DNA from: Tubiluchus corallicola
Taxonomy: Eukaryota > Animalia > Priapulida
Reading direction: 5' to 3'
NCBI GenBank assembly: GCA_030141605.1
Contig: JAQGDQ010000632.1
Location: 1-64,000, forward strand
DNA length: 64,000 nucleotides
Part shown: piece by piece, positions 14,046 to 28,744 of the stretch
Position numbering within the stretch: position 1 is the first letter of the stretch
How the letters are laid out: each line of letters starts with the position of its first letter
Made by a program: the position numbers and the translations under genes
The notes under the pieces: generated by a model
The model's database searches: none
What the model was told of the DNA's origin: nothing
What the model saw: only the letters and a program-made list of their open reading frames with translations

Positions 14046-14768
14046 TGTGGGCAGAGATGATGATAGCATTTCAAAATCTGAATGAAAACAGGTCCTATCG
14101 TTGTGCGACTACTGTAAGTCATACTGCTACATAAGACATGAATTACGTAAGAAAATATCTGCTCTCGGGCACAAGAATGAAATTGGATTATTGAGAAGAA
14201 GAGCACAAACTTGAAGAAAATTACAAGAGAATGCGCGCGCAGCTTTCGCACCACTGCAAACGTTGTCCATTCTCTCAACAGCTGCTCGTGAAATCTTGGA
14301 AAATCCTTTCTGTGAATTACAGCACTCAAATGAAGCTCGTGACGAAGTAGGCACGTTGTGGGCAAGTTGAACAAACGGCAGTGGCGCGAGCAGATGTACA
14401 CTTTTTAATAGAACCAACGTGACGTCAGTTTGCTGCTCCAGAATAGTGATCATAATTAGTATAAATGGTTCCAATGCAACTTCTTACACTTACAAAAAGT
14501 TTTACTGTAAAAGTTTTTGCCACTGTAGTCGAGGTGCCAAATAAAAAGGACTTATGTCGAGAACTACGCCAGTCTGGCATATCTCGAGTTAAAGTGTTTT
14601 TTACCCTGTTTGCATGGATCTGCTCTTGCAAACTGGTTCTTGAATGTAAACGTAATGTTAAATTTGCATCGTAATCAATTACCCATGTACATGTCATTCA
14701 AGTCTATAGTTTTAACTGGCATCCTGCCCAATTGACCATGTAATTAGCAGAATTAGGCTTCTTTCAAT

Positions 14769-14772
<4 letters not shown>

Positions 14773-14843
<71 letters not shown>
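14773..14843. repeat. (CT)n microsatellite
   Basis: Directly visible. Confidence 0.98.
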
Positions 14844-14844
<1 letters not shown>

Positions 14845-14889
14845 CCTATATATTGTTTCTCTGGCTTTTCCAATCTACTAAATTATACT

Positions 14890-15576
14890 TTGTGTCTTCC
14901 ACCGTTAGACATTGAACTAAATGTAATTGTGGTTAAATCTTGTCTTAAGACGTTACGTCAGAGCGCTGATGATTTAGTAAAACAACAGATTCTGCGGTAT
15001 GGTAGTGCACGTCTGACAGGAAGACATATTTATAAAAATATTATGTATACAAATGTGCAGACTGTGAGAAACTTTTTAAAATTTGTCTGGAATGAAAACT
15101 TTCGTAATACAGATCTTGAACAAATTCCTGAAAATATGTTAATTTATACCAAACGTCAAATTACAGATTATGTTTCTTATACCTGGGCAACTAAATATAG
15201 GCATGTTATGCAATTTCGAGGAGATAATGTTGAAATACAGAATATAAAATGTACACCCTTAAATTTGCCGCTTGGAAATAATGAAAGGAAAATAGAATCC
15301 ATTGCCATGTCCTTTTTAACTGGCCAGGGGAATTTTAACAGCTTTTTGTATAGACTTAATATGTGTGATACTAGTTTATGTACATGTGGAGAAGAAGAGC
15401 AAACTCCTCAGCACATTTTATTCAGATGTAATAAAATAGATAATGCAAAAAGAATGCCGTTCATGGAAATAGCTGATGCCAATTATACACGTAATATTAT
15501 GCTTCAATCTGATAAAAATTTAATAATGGCTTTCACTAACCTGATCAGGGACAATTTTATACTAAGTAACTGTTAA
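14890..15576 (+). mobile_element. 5'-truncated non-LTR retrotransposon 3' fragment with CCHC zinc knuckle
   Basis: LPPLDI motif, FLTGQG.F..FLYR, and CTCGEEEQTPQHILFRC (CxC-x8-H-x4-C), typical of LINE ORF2 C-termini. Confidence 0.8.
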
Positions 15577-15970
15577 TTTAGGCCCGCTCCAGTATAAAAA
15601 AAATAAATTATGTAGTTGTGTAAAGTTAATTTGTTTGTACAATACTTGTGATTCGTTTGAAATTATATCTAATTTAAGTATAAAATGTTATTCGTTGTAC
15701 ACAGTGTGAAACTGGATTTAAAAGATTTGTTATGTGAAAATGTAATTTGTTGATCTGAGCCTGCAAAAAGAGGCACCTTCGTGTATATATATTCACTTCT
15801 TTAATACTCTCTCTATTATTTATATATATATATATATCAGAAATATATATTGGTGCCGAAATCCGCTTTCGGCTTGATTTTATGTTTCGGGTGGTAAAAT
15901 TAGGCGTTCTCGACAACTTAGATAACAGCAAGCTCATTTTTATAAAAAAATAACTAGCTCTAAAAGAGAA

Positions 15971-16080
15971 TAGAGAAACAGATCCCTGTATGTTTTTTCA
16001 GGTGTAGTACAAAGAGAAACAGACCACCCTGTATGTTCTTTTCAGGTGTAGTACAAAGAGAAACAGACCAGCCTCTGTAT
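15971..16080. repeat. Short tandem duplication, about 43 bp unit, 2-3 copies
   Basis: agagaaacaga...ccctgtatgt...ttcaggtgtagtaca is repeated. Confidence 0.8.
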
Positions 16081-16905
16081 TTCTTGTCGTCTATAATACA
16101 ACTGACGTCTATTTTCTTGCTGATCTTCTTCTACATGAAAAATATAATTTACATATAAACAACCTTAGAGTCAAATGAGGACGAGGCTTCTTGCATAGTA
16201 GTTGAACATCTAAAGAGAGAACTAGGATCACGTCTTTATTTCCAAAAATATCTAAGTTTGCAAGACAGATGAAGCAACAGACTAACCAAACAACAGATAA
16301 ACAAATATTCCGAATTCTGATCGCTTTGATTACGTTTTATCAGATTTTGAAAAGAACAAAAAGAAGAATTCTGCTTAACCCCTTCGCATTTCTTTCCTCG
16401 TAAAAGTTGTTGCCTACAGTTAACCGTTTCCATTTTTAGACGCCTCGGTCGGTTCAGTGCCTCATCACAGTGGATATCCCTGACGATGCGTTACTTCCGG
16501 TCACATTTACAAACATAAGCAGACCCTGGATGTTGGCTTCCTGTGTGGAGAACAGTATTTAAAAAAGAAACGCAACTGCTAGTATACTCTGCCCTAGAAA
16601 ATTAAAGTAACAAATGAGCTGGCGTTTTTCTGTCAGTGTTTTCATGACTGGCATTATGTTACATTGATTTACTGACTGCTTCGAGCCATCTCAAATCAAA
16701 CGGTGCGCATGTCCTGCTGCCCTCCATAAACATGACTTTTTACTTATTGACAACAAAGCCAGAACGCATACCAAATGGGTGAAAGTGCGCTAAGCACGTC
16801 CAGTCGTCCACGTTCATCACTAGCTTTGAGCTGCAGGAAAAAGATTCATAGCCACGGTTTATCCTCAAATAAATACTCCGGATTTTTACTGACTAAAATC
16901 ACCAT

Positions 16906-17281
16906 CAGTGCCGGATTACGACCTTTTGGGGCCCCTGGACTGATGAAATTATGCCCCCTCCCTCAAGATGGTGCATCATTCTAACTTGCCCGCATCCTGA
17001 TTTTTTATTCGTTACAAATATTTTGTTACACGTGATATATTTTGACGACATTTACGTAGCTTGAACTAAGCTTATTGCAATTTTTTAAATAAACTAGAAT
17101 AGCAATCTTTTGTTTGTAAATAAAATATTCTTTAAGAAATACGACTATTTCACTATTTATTGCAAACCAAACTTTCAACACAATCGTAGTGAAAAAACAG
17201 CTTTATACCAAATGTTACCAAAGCCTGAGGTCCCCCAGCTTAAAGGGCCTAGACTGCAGCCTAAAGGATAATCCGTCCTTG
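16906..17281. mobile_element. Degenerate hAT-like MITE, about 376 bp
   Basis: Left end CAGTGCCGGATTA, right end TAATCCGTCCTTG (imperfect inverted pair); flanks atcaccat/gtcatcgt match 5/8; a related end fragment lies at about 52425-52458 on the minus strand. Confidence 0.5.
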
Positions 17282-18837
17282 GTCATCGTGCACTGCCACG
17301 ATATCCTTAAATGACGTTGACGGGACCTTCGTGGAATCTTCCACACAAAAGCATAGCAATGGTGAATCTAGACATCTATATAAACCTAGACGAATTGTTA
17401 AAAGTGTGAACAGCGACTTTCCAGTGAGAATAATAATTACGAATACCAGCGCCATTTTCATATTAAGTGGTCACCTATCCAAGTGTTGACTGAGAAATTC
17501 AGGATGCGATTGACTGATGCAAGTTCAGGAATTACAGTTATTATTAGATCGCATGACGGCAGCCTTCCGCTTTGGTAACTGTCGGTCAAAAACGATGGCA
17601 AAATGCCTACTTTACGCACAAAAGTATGACACATGCAAATTTCTAATCTTGCTAATTGAAGAGCCTGAATGAAGCACCATAGCGCAATAATAATAACATG
17701 ACATATTCCGCTTTGATGCCAATCTTTGCATATGAGAATGAGAAGTGCAGGTACGTGTACAGTAACGTGAGAATCTATTTGCACAGCCAGGTAAACCCAG
17801 CATGCACTTTGAAGCATGCACTAAAACATGAGACTTGGGTAAACAAAAGGTGCGCAGCAGCTACAGCTATCACTTGAAATCCGCTCGAGCATACTCAAGT
17901 TAAGCGAAGAGCCGAATCGTAGTTAGCCAAATTGCTTATTGTGACTCACACACGATGGTAGGACAAAAAGATGTGTGACTATTACGCTGAATAATCGGTA
18001 ATACCTTTAGTGCAACACTAAAAGCTAAAAAACGCCTAGATTCAGAGAAAAAAGATCAAAGCACCATCTTTGTTCTGGAGCAGTCTTTATGGACTTCTTT
18101 AGTGGCAAATATTTCTTTCAAAATAGAAACGGACTGAACCTTTCGTTTCTTTCTAGCATCAAACTTTGTTGCTAATTACTGCCAAAAGAAACATTCCCCA
18201 TAGCCAAATAAGTGCTCAGCGCCAAGTCAGGTAGTACCAAGTTCAGTTAGTTAGTGGATGCATGGCCAGTAGGAAAACTTGTTCTGGGCAGTTTCATCAG
18301 ATTCCCCCAAGGTATTTACCTCGTCGAAGGATACATACGCAAGCGAACGCAATTAAAACACTTGTGACTTATATTAGAGAATTATCTTGATAATAGGTTC
18401 TAGTACTGCTACAAACCATCTGCATTAAGCACCCCTGCAAACCGAGATGTGGACTGTAGATGCTACTTTGAAGAATGCCAAACGCACCAATTTAAAAATC
18501 ACTATTTCAATGTTACCAAGTTCAGTTTGATGAGGTGACAGAAAACAGTAGCAGCAATAAACAGCTGTCACAGAACGAGCATGAAATAATATCAAGAGAC
18601 TGCTATTCTACTGATGCTGAAACATTAATGACACACTCACTCGTTGCTGGTCAATAATAGATGTCCATAAAATCAACTAGGAGGAGGTAAATTTTAATAA
18701 AGCATGAAGCGTTTGAAGTTTAAAGGACAGCCAAATGTCTCCACATTAATGCTACTCGCGTGGTCACAGAGACGGTACGTGTGTTTCATTCGGCCCACAC
18801 TACGTGGTTTGTGTGGACCTGTGCAAACTACCTCAGC

Positions 18838-19100
18838 AAAGGGTTACTGCAAAGTCAGCACAAAGTTGCAAGGTTAACACAGGGCTACTGCAAGGTTAAC
18901 ACATGGCTACTGCAAAGTCAGCACAAAGTTGCAAGGTTAACACAGGGAACACAGGGCTACTGCAAGGTCAATGCAGGGCTACTGCAAGGCCAACACAAGG
19001 CTACTGCTAGGTCAATGCAAGGCTACTACAAGGTAAACGCATGGCTACTGCAAGGTAAACGCATGGCTACGGCAAGATAAACACAGGGCTACTGCAAGAC
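18838..19100. repeat. Degenerate minisatellite, about 20 bp unit (ggctactgcaaggt.aacac)
   Basis: ggctactgcaag recurs about 10 times. Confidence 0.85.
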
Positions 19101-19939
19101 ATGAAATGACCACACTTGCAAGCGTGGTTGGAATCGGCCGAGCACAACCTCGCACAAACCAAGCAACGACTAGTACCTATCACCGCATCAGGCTGACAAA
19201 AAAACTTTTTTGTTGGCAACTCACAAACCGGCTGATTCAATTATATTAGTGCAACCGAATAAAGCTTGACAGGATTATGGCACATTGGAACAAATCAATA
19301 GATAGCTAGAGCGGTTGCCTTGCATTGATACACGAACTGCCCCACGTCTGTAGCATGGCAAGCGCTCTGATGAAACCACTGAATAGCCAAAGCGTTGCTT
19401 AATCATAGTGTCATCCACACACAAAGATCTGCAGCTCAGATATGCTGCCGTAGCAAAATAGGATTCAAATGAGCTGTCCAGTATCATTAAATCCCTTCTA
19501 GAGCTGGTGCACAGTTAAGAGAGAGCTTTCATTAACTTGCATAAAATGAAACCTCTCCTGTCCAAAGTCAAAACAAGCAAAAGGAGCAAGTGAGCCAGTT
19601 TCACGGATCTACGAATTTGAAGGCATTCACAACTTTATCCCACTGTTTTAAATGAAACTGCTAATTGCGCGGTGACGACATATATACTTCAAATTAAATC
19701 ACCACAGCTACATGTATATACCCATAGTTTAGCACTGATTACAAAAAAATAATTAATGAGCAGTTTGAAATGGGGCCTGTATTTTCCATCTGATCTGGAT
19801 ATACACAGCCTTCGACCTAAAGGGTTCTCTGCCACCTCACGAATTAGCGAGAAAACGCCCATTAAGATTCCTTTTAAAAGAGCTTACAGGCTCGTGATTT
19901 CTATGTAAACGATCGAATTTAAACAAAATTGATCTAACC

Positions 19940-20275
19940 AAACCCTACTATCTTACATTAGCTTCCCTTACACTACCGTGGTCTAACTTACACTCCCTGT
20001 CTTATCTTACTTTACGTTACCTAAACTTACCCTACCCTATTCTACACTGATCTATCCCAAAATACCTTGTCCACCTCATCTTGAGTTGCCTTATGATATT
20101 TTACCTTAAATTACCTCGTCCTATCTTATTCTATGGTACCTTACCCTATCCCATCTTACTTAAACTTATGTTGCCTTACATTACCCTACCCTATCTTGCC
20201 TTACCTTAAACTACCCATCCTACTTTACTTTACCTTACCTTACTCTACTCTACATTACCTTATCTTATCTTAGTA
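19940..20275. repeat. Degenerate pentanucleotide tract (CTTAC/CCTAT)
   Basis: Directly visible. Confidence 0.8.
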
Positions 20276-21456
20276 ACATTTGTGAATTCAATAAATGAGA
20301 TTGCTAAGGTACTCCAGCACTGGCACTGCTACACACGTGTTACAACACACATGCAATATTTCAAAATTAGTTTAAAACGTAGAAAATATCTTCTAGCATG
20401 AATTTCAGCGTTTTTAAAAGTGGTGGACTTTACCATGTAACAACAACGTTCACACGGGACAAAACGCTGTTATGAATGCAAACACCGATCGTTTGTTCAA
20501 CGCTGTTTTTCAAGTGAAATCTCAAGCTGTCTACTTTAGAATTCTTGGCGTTTTTCTCGGCCGGCCATTCTTTATGCTTAGCTGAATTAACCTTCGACAA
20601 GGACTTGTAAGAGAATTCATCAATGTTCAGAGAAGAAACTTCACCCGAGCACTAAGGAGTAACTCCATTATTTTGTTGTGCATAAATTATTTGCGGTGAA
20701 ATTCTCGACAACGCTTTTATTTATTATTTATCTAATTTTAGATAGCGTAATGGAATGTGATACAAAAATCATTTGCACTCGACGAATCAACAAACACACG
20801 CGGAAACTAGTGAGAATTGCTTCCGGCAAGGCGATTTATATGCCAGCGTCCGTGTCCAAACTGTCGTCGCTCATCACTGTCGCTCAAATGCCAGCTCAAG
20901 CTGTTACAGTCACCTGTGGACTAATGTATACTTATACTTATTAGTCAATGATGACAAAATGGCTATGTCCAAATTGTAACGTCCAGTTGGACAAGGATTG
21001 CTGATATTCACTGGTCACTTACCAATGTGACCAATGATTTACCAATTTATTCATGTAAAATTACTAATGTTCAAATCTTTTCTTAAAACTTATTTTTACG
21101 AAGAAGGTTTTTTAAATTAATTAAAAATTTAATATTGACTTAAAGTACTGATTTCTAGTGATTTTTATATACATGTATTACGATTTTAGCTTTATCTATG
21201 TTAGTCAATTGTGTATGTACTGTTTAAGTGTTAGGATTTATGTACGTAAAATGCATTTGTCCACTTTAAGTTAATGCATTTTAAATGTCCAATAAATTAT
21301 TATTATCAATCGTCTGTGCGTGCTGTGAACTTCAATATATCAGTCTCAGCTAGGTACTATCCAAGAACCAGTCTAATCTTAAATTTGTCAGAGAAAATTT
21401 GGACTCGCAGATGTAATAAGGTGTCAATTTACAATCCTGATTCCCAGTGCTCATAC

Positions 21457-22055
21457 TTAAAGCAAAACCAGGGCCAATCTTAAACTGTAGGTCAAAACAA
21501 TCTAGTCTTTAAAATATTGAAAGGAAACATATTATTTTTTCAAAAATGACTTACGTGAAAGAATTATTACCACACAAACACAATTTTGCCGTCGTGCCAC
21601 TAGTTCTTCGCTGTTATATGCATTTCGCCCTTCGCTATTTAGACAGGCACAGCGCCTGCATTTCGGAAATGCATCAAAAAAATAAGTGCTGTACCTCGCA
21701 GTTCAGATGTGTTCGACGGCTTATGTGTGAACACAGCAGTAATTTGAAATTTGAATTTTTATCTTAAACTTGCCTAGTTTTAGTACAACACACTGAATAT
21801 TTTACAGTAGCACTGTACTTCAATTTTCACTTTCGCAAACGCGCAAAAGGCTCGTGGAATATTTTGCTGTTGAAAATTATATTAGTTTGTGATGTCGTCA
21901 AAAGTTGGGCTCGCTCTTCGTTAATTAAGATTTTAATCTATTATTTAATTACCAGAAACGCTTTTGCAGTATCAAATGTGTTAAAATGTTTACTTTTTAT
22001 CGGACCTGAAAATATGGTAGTATATAAAAAAATTATCTTGTCTTCATTTAAAAGA
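21457..22055 (+). mobile_element. Dispersed repeat copy 2, same family as 10283
   Basis: Shares ttaaagcaaaaccagggccaatcttaaactgtaggtcaaaac and gttgaaaattat...ttgtga.gtc...agttgggctcgc with copy 1. Confidence 0.65.
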
Positions 22056-25000
22056 ACGCATAACTACGTTACCAAACAGAAAGATGTTACATGAGGTAAG
22101 AAACCATATCTAAGCTAAACTCAAAAAGAGCTTTAATAGAGGAATTCTTTTAACATAAGTCTCAGCATCAAGAAGGTGTAGAGCTTGGAGCTCATGGGGA
22201 ACTTAAACCTTTCACGTGTCAACACAGCTGTCTACTAAGTGTATGTAAACCTTTTTATTCTTTTATTCTGGAGAAAGCCCAAATTGATTTATCCCGTATA
22301 TATATATACAGTAGCCGAATGTAAAGCAAACCACCAGTATAACGTGTATTATATCAGCTGCTGGAACACACACTGCATATAATTGCTTAATTCGATCAGA
22401 TCAGGAAAATGGGTCTAAACGTGTATCGATTATACGAAACGCGCCAGCTTGTGTGTGAAAGAGCTGAAACTGTAGTCATGAAATCGCTTAATCATAGTTT
22501 GCCCTGCTTATGTAAGCTTTAATTAAAAAGTGGGCGTGGCCAGCTTGATCGAATTTATGTGGTACCGAGCGCCGACGGAATACATTTGGAAGAGCAACTG
22601 AAGAGTTAATTATCCCAGTGAGATTTAAAGTGCTTTGTATTTGAAAGGAAGCAGAAAGACAAAATATAGAGAAGCTGATAAACAGAGCTTCTTAATCAAG
22701 TAAAGCCTAGGGATTGTCGTTACAGAACAATGAACAATGGAAAACTAGTTTATTGTTCGTCTTCTGTTCATGATGTTCTATTCCCTTTTACAGGATTACG
22801 CAACTAACGGGAACGATTAGAAATTCAGTGTTCTGTAACCAGTTACTGAACGTTTAAAGTTATTTTTCAAAAATAAAAATTAAGAATCATGGGAATCGAA
22901 TCACATAAAAGAAATGGAATAAAAGCCAAAAGTGCATTACCATACATTAAGCGACATCCCAGTTTATGAATTTATTGACGATCCAGCAAATTACAATACA
23001 TACATTACAAGTGGATGCCAGAAAAAAACGACACACACAGAATCCTGCACATGCGGTATAATAACATGCAGATGCGGAACAACAACAATAATAATAAACA
23101 GTATTTACAACAGTTAAATGTTACATTTATATATATATATATATATATATATAGATACTAATTACATTTATAGGCTATGAAAATAAAAAGTGAAAATTTA
23201 GAATATAACTTTTACACTAAGACGCTCTTAGCTTCCCATCCTTGGCGTTTTTAACAGGTAATATTATAAACGAACTCGATGCACTGCTTAAATCGAAAGT
23301 GAACTGTATTGCATTGATAAACGAGTTCCGTTAATATTACTGCATAACTGCCACATTGGTCACAAGTGGCTGATAGATAGGTTAAATACTGTGGCGAGTA
23401 CAATAATACATCATTCCTACAAATACATCAATGGCTACAACAGATACCACAGTTAGGAGTGTAATATTCTGTAATGGTAACATATTACCATCAACTCCAT
23501 GATGACATACTTAAATAGTATGCTAAGTAAAGCAAGGAAAAAATTTAGGAGACCTAATTACTCGCAGCCTTAATCACCTCCCATCCACCTAAATGTCTCA
23601 AGTCAAAAGGGTAATGAAAAACGCAAAGACAAACTGTCGAGGTATCATAGAAAAGTAACGTTATATGTAACAGCAGCGGTTTAAGGAGAATCCCTGGTAA
23701 AGAAAATGCAGTATAATTCAGTATATCAAAATAATGTGGTATAACGTATAGCTTTTGTGAAGAAAGTAACTTCCTTTAATACTAGTTGTTCTACAACATT
23801 TTAAAATCTATCAGCCAAAAGAAGTTCTAGTTAACCAGTGGGGCGTGTACATAATTGGATATCAAAGCTGTGCTTCGTTTACTGCCAACCCGTGTGACGC
23901 ACACGCTGGTCATTTTTCTGAGGCAACGACCCATAAAACTCCTTCAATCCAAAATCAATACGTCAGTGGCCGTGAGTGACTGGACGTGTTAAGTTTCGTG
24001 ACTATCAAAAGAAGCCATTATATACAGGCTACTGTGAAGCATGCAGAAGCCAAATTTTGCCCAACGTGCATGTATATAACAGTCAGCTAAATGTGTAGAT
24101 TACTAACTTCGTGCCAAGTCTATTGACTTGGTGGCCCCTAGTGTACGCCCCTTGACAAGTTAAAATCAATTACAGAATGCCAGCTACAACATCAAACGCC
24201 ACACTAATGGTCGGCTTCAACGACGGTACTTACAAGAAGCCACACACGCGATGTATGCCGACGACACACGTATGCTAGATAACAGAACTGTGTTTCAAAG
24301 AAGTTCCACAAACTAAAAATCAGCAAGGTCTCCGGTTTCGCAAAGACGAGCTGGCAAATTGGCCTCGTACGTACACAAACGAGAACTTGAACTCAACATC
24401 TGTCAACAATTGCCATGAAGTCCAATTGCTGATATGAAAACTAAAGACCGACCTCTGGTCTCCACATTGTTCCAATGCCACAGCTGCTGAGCTAAATCAC
24501 CACCTCTACTATTGTGTCCAGTGATATACAGCCAAACATTCAAAATGCCAATTACCTAAAGCCATGAAAATTCATTATCTGAACTACTGTTATAAACATA
24601 CGCCCAGTTGACATTCAGTGCATGTACCTGTGTACAGCATGTTCACATTTTAATAAATTACCAAGCAGTAGCAACCAGAAGTATGTTTTTAGATAATTAA
24701 ATTACGTCCCGATAAATAAAGCGAATTTCATGACGACTGCACACAAACGAGCACCAAACAGAGACAGCTTAACTGCTAGAGACAGTTTTACTTAATTATG
24801 CAAGAGTTAAAATCTTGCTAAACTGCTGCAAAGGTTTATTTAGAGGATGCTTAATAGTTTTTTGTAGATGTAAATACACGTAGTTCTCAGTTTAAACAGT
24901 TTCTATCAAGGAATTGTAGCATAACACGTGCGTTTCGTCAAGCTGTTTAAAAATTCTGTCCTAGTAAATAGCAATTTTTATAGTTCCCTCTGCCGTTGCT

Positions 25001-26668
25001 GAGAAAGAGTTTATTAAGTGTGAAATTGCTCAAATCCACACCCAGCACCTGCACTCTAAGAAAGATGTGGCAAATCGCACCACGAATTCTTTCTAGAAAT
25101 CTTCTGCCCATAGCAACCACGCCGCCCGCAAATTTCTTTCACAAATTACACGGCCGCCGAGAACAAATTGCGGTGCCGCCGCGGGCGCTACCTAGAATTA
25201 TGCAATTTTATAGTCGCACTGACATTTATTCAATTAGGTAAAAATAGCAATATTTCTTGCTTCGACGACGGATGGTATTTCGCAAATGTTTTAGCGGAAC
25301 GAGTTTTCTGATCGGCTACCTTCACGATCAACTTTTCTACACCCAAGCGTTAGTAAAATCTGACTGGATGCAACACTGTATGTACTAAAATGCAGTCTAC
25401 TGATAAACTATTCGTTTGTTCGAATGTTCGTTCACTTGTTTGTTTATTTGCATGTTTGTTTGTTTGCCCGTCTGTTTGTTCGGTTATCTGTGTTTCGGCT
25501 GTTGTTAGTCTTTACATGATTTTTTCGCCATGAGCCAATATTTTTCGGATTCTATCATTGATTCATTCACTCGTACTTTGTTCATTGGTGTATTCATTAA
25601 TTTAGCTTGTCTCCAGACATTAGGTAATTTTTTAATTTCTTATCTGATTGCAAGGCTGGTCCAATGGGTATTTGTTCATTTATTCAATAATTCATACAGT
25701 GCGTAGTTCCCTCCTATACGTGGGTGCATTTCTTGAAAGTTATTTCAACTTGCCATGGTATTAGATCAGTTCTTGATATTTCAGGTTACTGATTACCTGC
25801 CAGACATTGTCTGATTCTAATTCCATATTCTTCTTCCGACTATCACCTTTACTCTTTTTCCCAGGCACGGCAAGGGAGTGAAACCACCTACGAAAGTCAA
25901 CAGTTCAGCTTGGCATTCTCAACTTGTCCACGAGTGCCATTAAGATGCTCCACAGCATGTTGATGGAGGTAGGGTGTGGCGCCCCTACCTTGAGGAGCTG
26001 GGCGATGTTTCTACCTGTTTTACTATGCACTACTATAGACTATTTTTAATTTGCACTGGATGAAGTTTCAAGCTAGCAGGACGAATTTCACAAGCCGAGA
26101 GCACAGCCATGTATTAGAGCCTTCAATTTAATTTAAAGAAGAATTCTCTTGTTGCGGAATTTGCTTATTACAACATTTCCACAAGGTATTTTACCTAACT
26201 TTGCAGATAATTTTAAAGCGTTCAATAATGGATGATCAATAATCAGTACAAAGGGTGAATAGTAACTATTATTGTGTGACACTATTATTTAGTTTGGACA
26301 CGATTTTATAACTATAATCTAACTAATGTCAGGCTGAATTTAATAAAGGATTAGGCAAATTTTTCAGGGTTGAATATTCGTACACTGCAAGCAGAATTAC
26401 AGCTGAATTTTAAAGTGCTAGAAAGAAAGTGTTTTTATAGTACCAGGTGTCGTACAATGAAAGTAAACAATTCTGTTGCAGTTAATATTTGAAACAGTTA
26501 CATACACTTGAATTCTTTGATATGGATCAAGATGGAGAGACAAGCTATTTGTACATTTTATTTAACTTTGTAATTAGTCCTTGTAAAAACTGATGTGTAG
26601 TTTGTAGTTTTCATTTTTATATACTTGTATTTTATGCTATATGGTCAAGAAGTCTGAAATAAAGGTGT

Positions 26669-26862
<194 letters not shown>

Positions 26863-28685
26863 AACAACAGGGCTAAAGCTAAACTTGCTACACAGCCTGA
26901 TTCGTTCCCTGACAAAGTCAGAACTTTCAAGCACTTACAGCAAGATCAATGGTGCTACAAATACCATGCAACGTCCCTTGCAGCAGCATCCACTTGAAAA
27001 AATGTACAAGATGAACAATCCAGCCTCCAGTGGGAATCAAAGTTACACAGGTCAGGTGACAAACGCAAAGTCAATAGTTGCTTGTGAAGTTATCAATGCA
27101 GTTGACACAGCACAAGAAATGGAAAATCAAAGGCACGTTATGCGTAGGCCGCGCAGAAGAAACATTTAAACGCGATAATGGAAAAAAAACAGATAGAGTT
27201 GATTCTTGCAGCAGTTCTCCACATGGCAATGAAAACATATCTTGATGAAATAACCCAAAACAATTAAATCAAAATTTGTTTCAATGGCTTAGATATCATA
27301 CCTAGAAGTGCTCCCCCCTCCCAATCAGCAAACTCTCTCAAACAGGGTGCCTGCAATTAAGTAATATATAACGATGTGAAAGAAAACTGATTTTGTAAAA
27401 AAATACCAAAACATCTATGGACCGTTTGCATCTAAAAATAAAAATTTACGAATATAACCCATGCAACTTATGTGAACAATTCAGTGAATGTATCAATACG
27501 ATGCCAGAAAAAATCACTAACATTCATAACAACAGGTACACGGCTAATGTCGAAAACTAGGTGCTCACCTTATCATAGAAATACTACTTATAGAGTACTT
27601 ATGTTATGTAGCAAGTATAAAAGGTCTCGATGAGTCCTTGCTGACAAGTTATCAGTTATCACAAGTAGAAATAAATGTATTTTTTAACATTTTAATGTTA
27701 ATAATTCTTATTTAATCTGTTTCTTATACTTTCCACTCTGTATTGTAAAAAATCAAAACTCAATGAAGAGCTCTTGGAGATATAAGTCGTGACACCATTC
27801 CAATTGAGCAACAAATGTGAATCGCAACAATACTGTCCATTAAAGGCTCTCAAAACTTTTAAGATACAATAATTTCCTGGTACTTCCTGATACAACTTAG
27901 TTATATAGTAAAGATGAACTGAGATTCGCCATACTTTTCCTATCTACTTTAGGTTGAAATGGTCACAAAAGTCAACAATCCAGAGTTATCTGACAATTTG
28001 AATAAATAGCAAAAATGTCTAGCTTCTTGTCAACAAGAACTGGCCTAGCCAGCACTTGTTCATTCTCTTTTGTAAATGAAACCCGCTTTATTAAACGATT
28101 GTTTAGACTCAATCTCATTTTAATTTACTGTCCAAAATATACATTTTCTTGCCTATAAAGTTTAGTATGGTAATTGTTTCTTATATTTGAATAATTAGCT
28201 TAGAATGTTAATTAATGGCAACCGAACACAGCTATTGCTTACGTCAGAAACTAACCACAGTTTGTGCAATGGCAGGCATCTCCTTTGCACGTCAAGCACG
28301 TCTGCGTAAGTGTTACTGCTTAAACGCATGACGTCACGAAAATGGGTTCTACGTCATATGACGCCAGAAACTAACACTACAGTTGATGATCATGGTTAAC
28401 GCGGTACCGCCTTCTATTTATCGGCCACGAGAATGTGACAAAAAGGCCCCACTGCCAATCTTAGTAGATTCACTGAGTCACGCGTAGCTTACTTACTTAC
28501 TTACTTACTTTGAAAGTTTAACAAAATTTAAGTATCTGAGGTAATTATTATTTAATCTGAGCTTTGATTTAAAAAAAACTATTGTAGTTTTCAATATTTT
28601 AGAACATACTTTATTCTGAACTAATGTTTGCACAATCATACGGTTTTTCTTTAAAGAAATGCATTTTAAACAATTTTCTACTCAC

Positions 28686-28744
28686 TTTGCAATGACTTCA
28701 TATAAGTCATAGACGTCATCAAACAGTACTTCTTCGTCTCCCAT
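28686..28744 (-). CDS. CASK: CASK/LIN-2 first coding exon, 59 coding bp (too short for the ORF track)
   Basis: Reverse complement reads cagcaacATG GGA GAC GAA GAA GTA CTG TTT GAT GAC GTC TAT GAC TTA TAT GAA GTC ATT GCA AA|GTGAGT = MGDEEVLFDDVYDLYEVIA(K), matching the CASK N-terminus ([20 protein letters not shown]); splices in frame to 13377. Confidence 0.95.
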
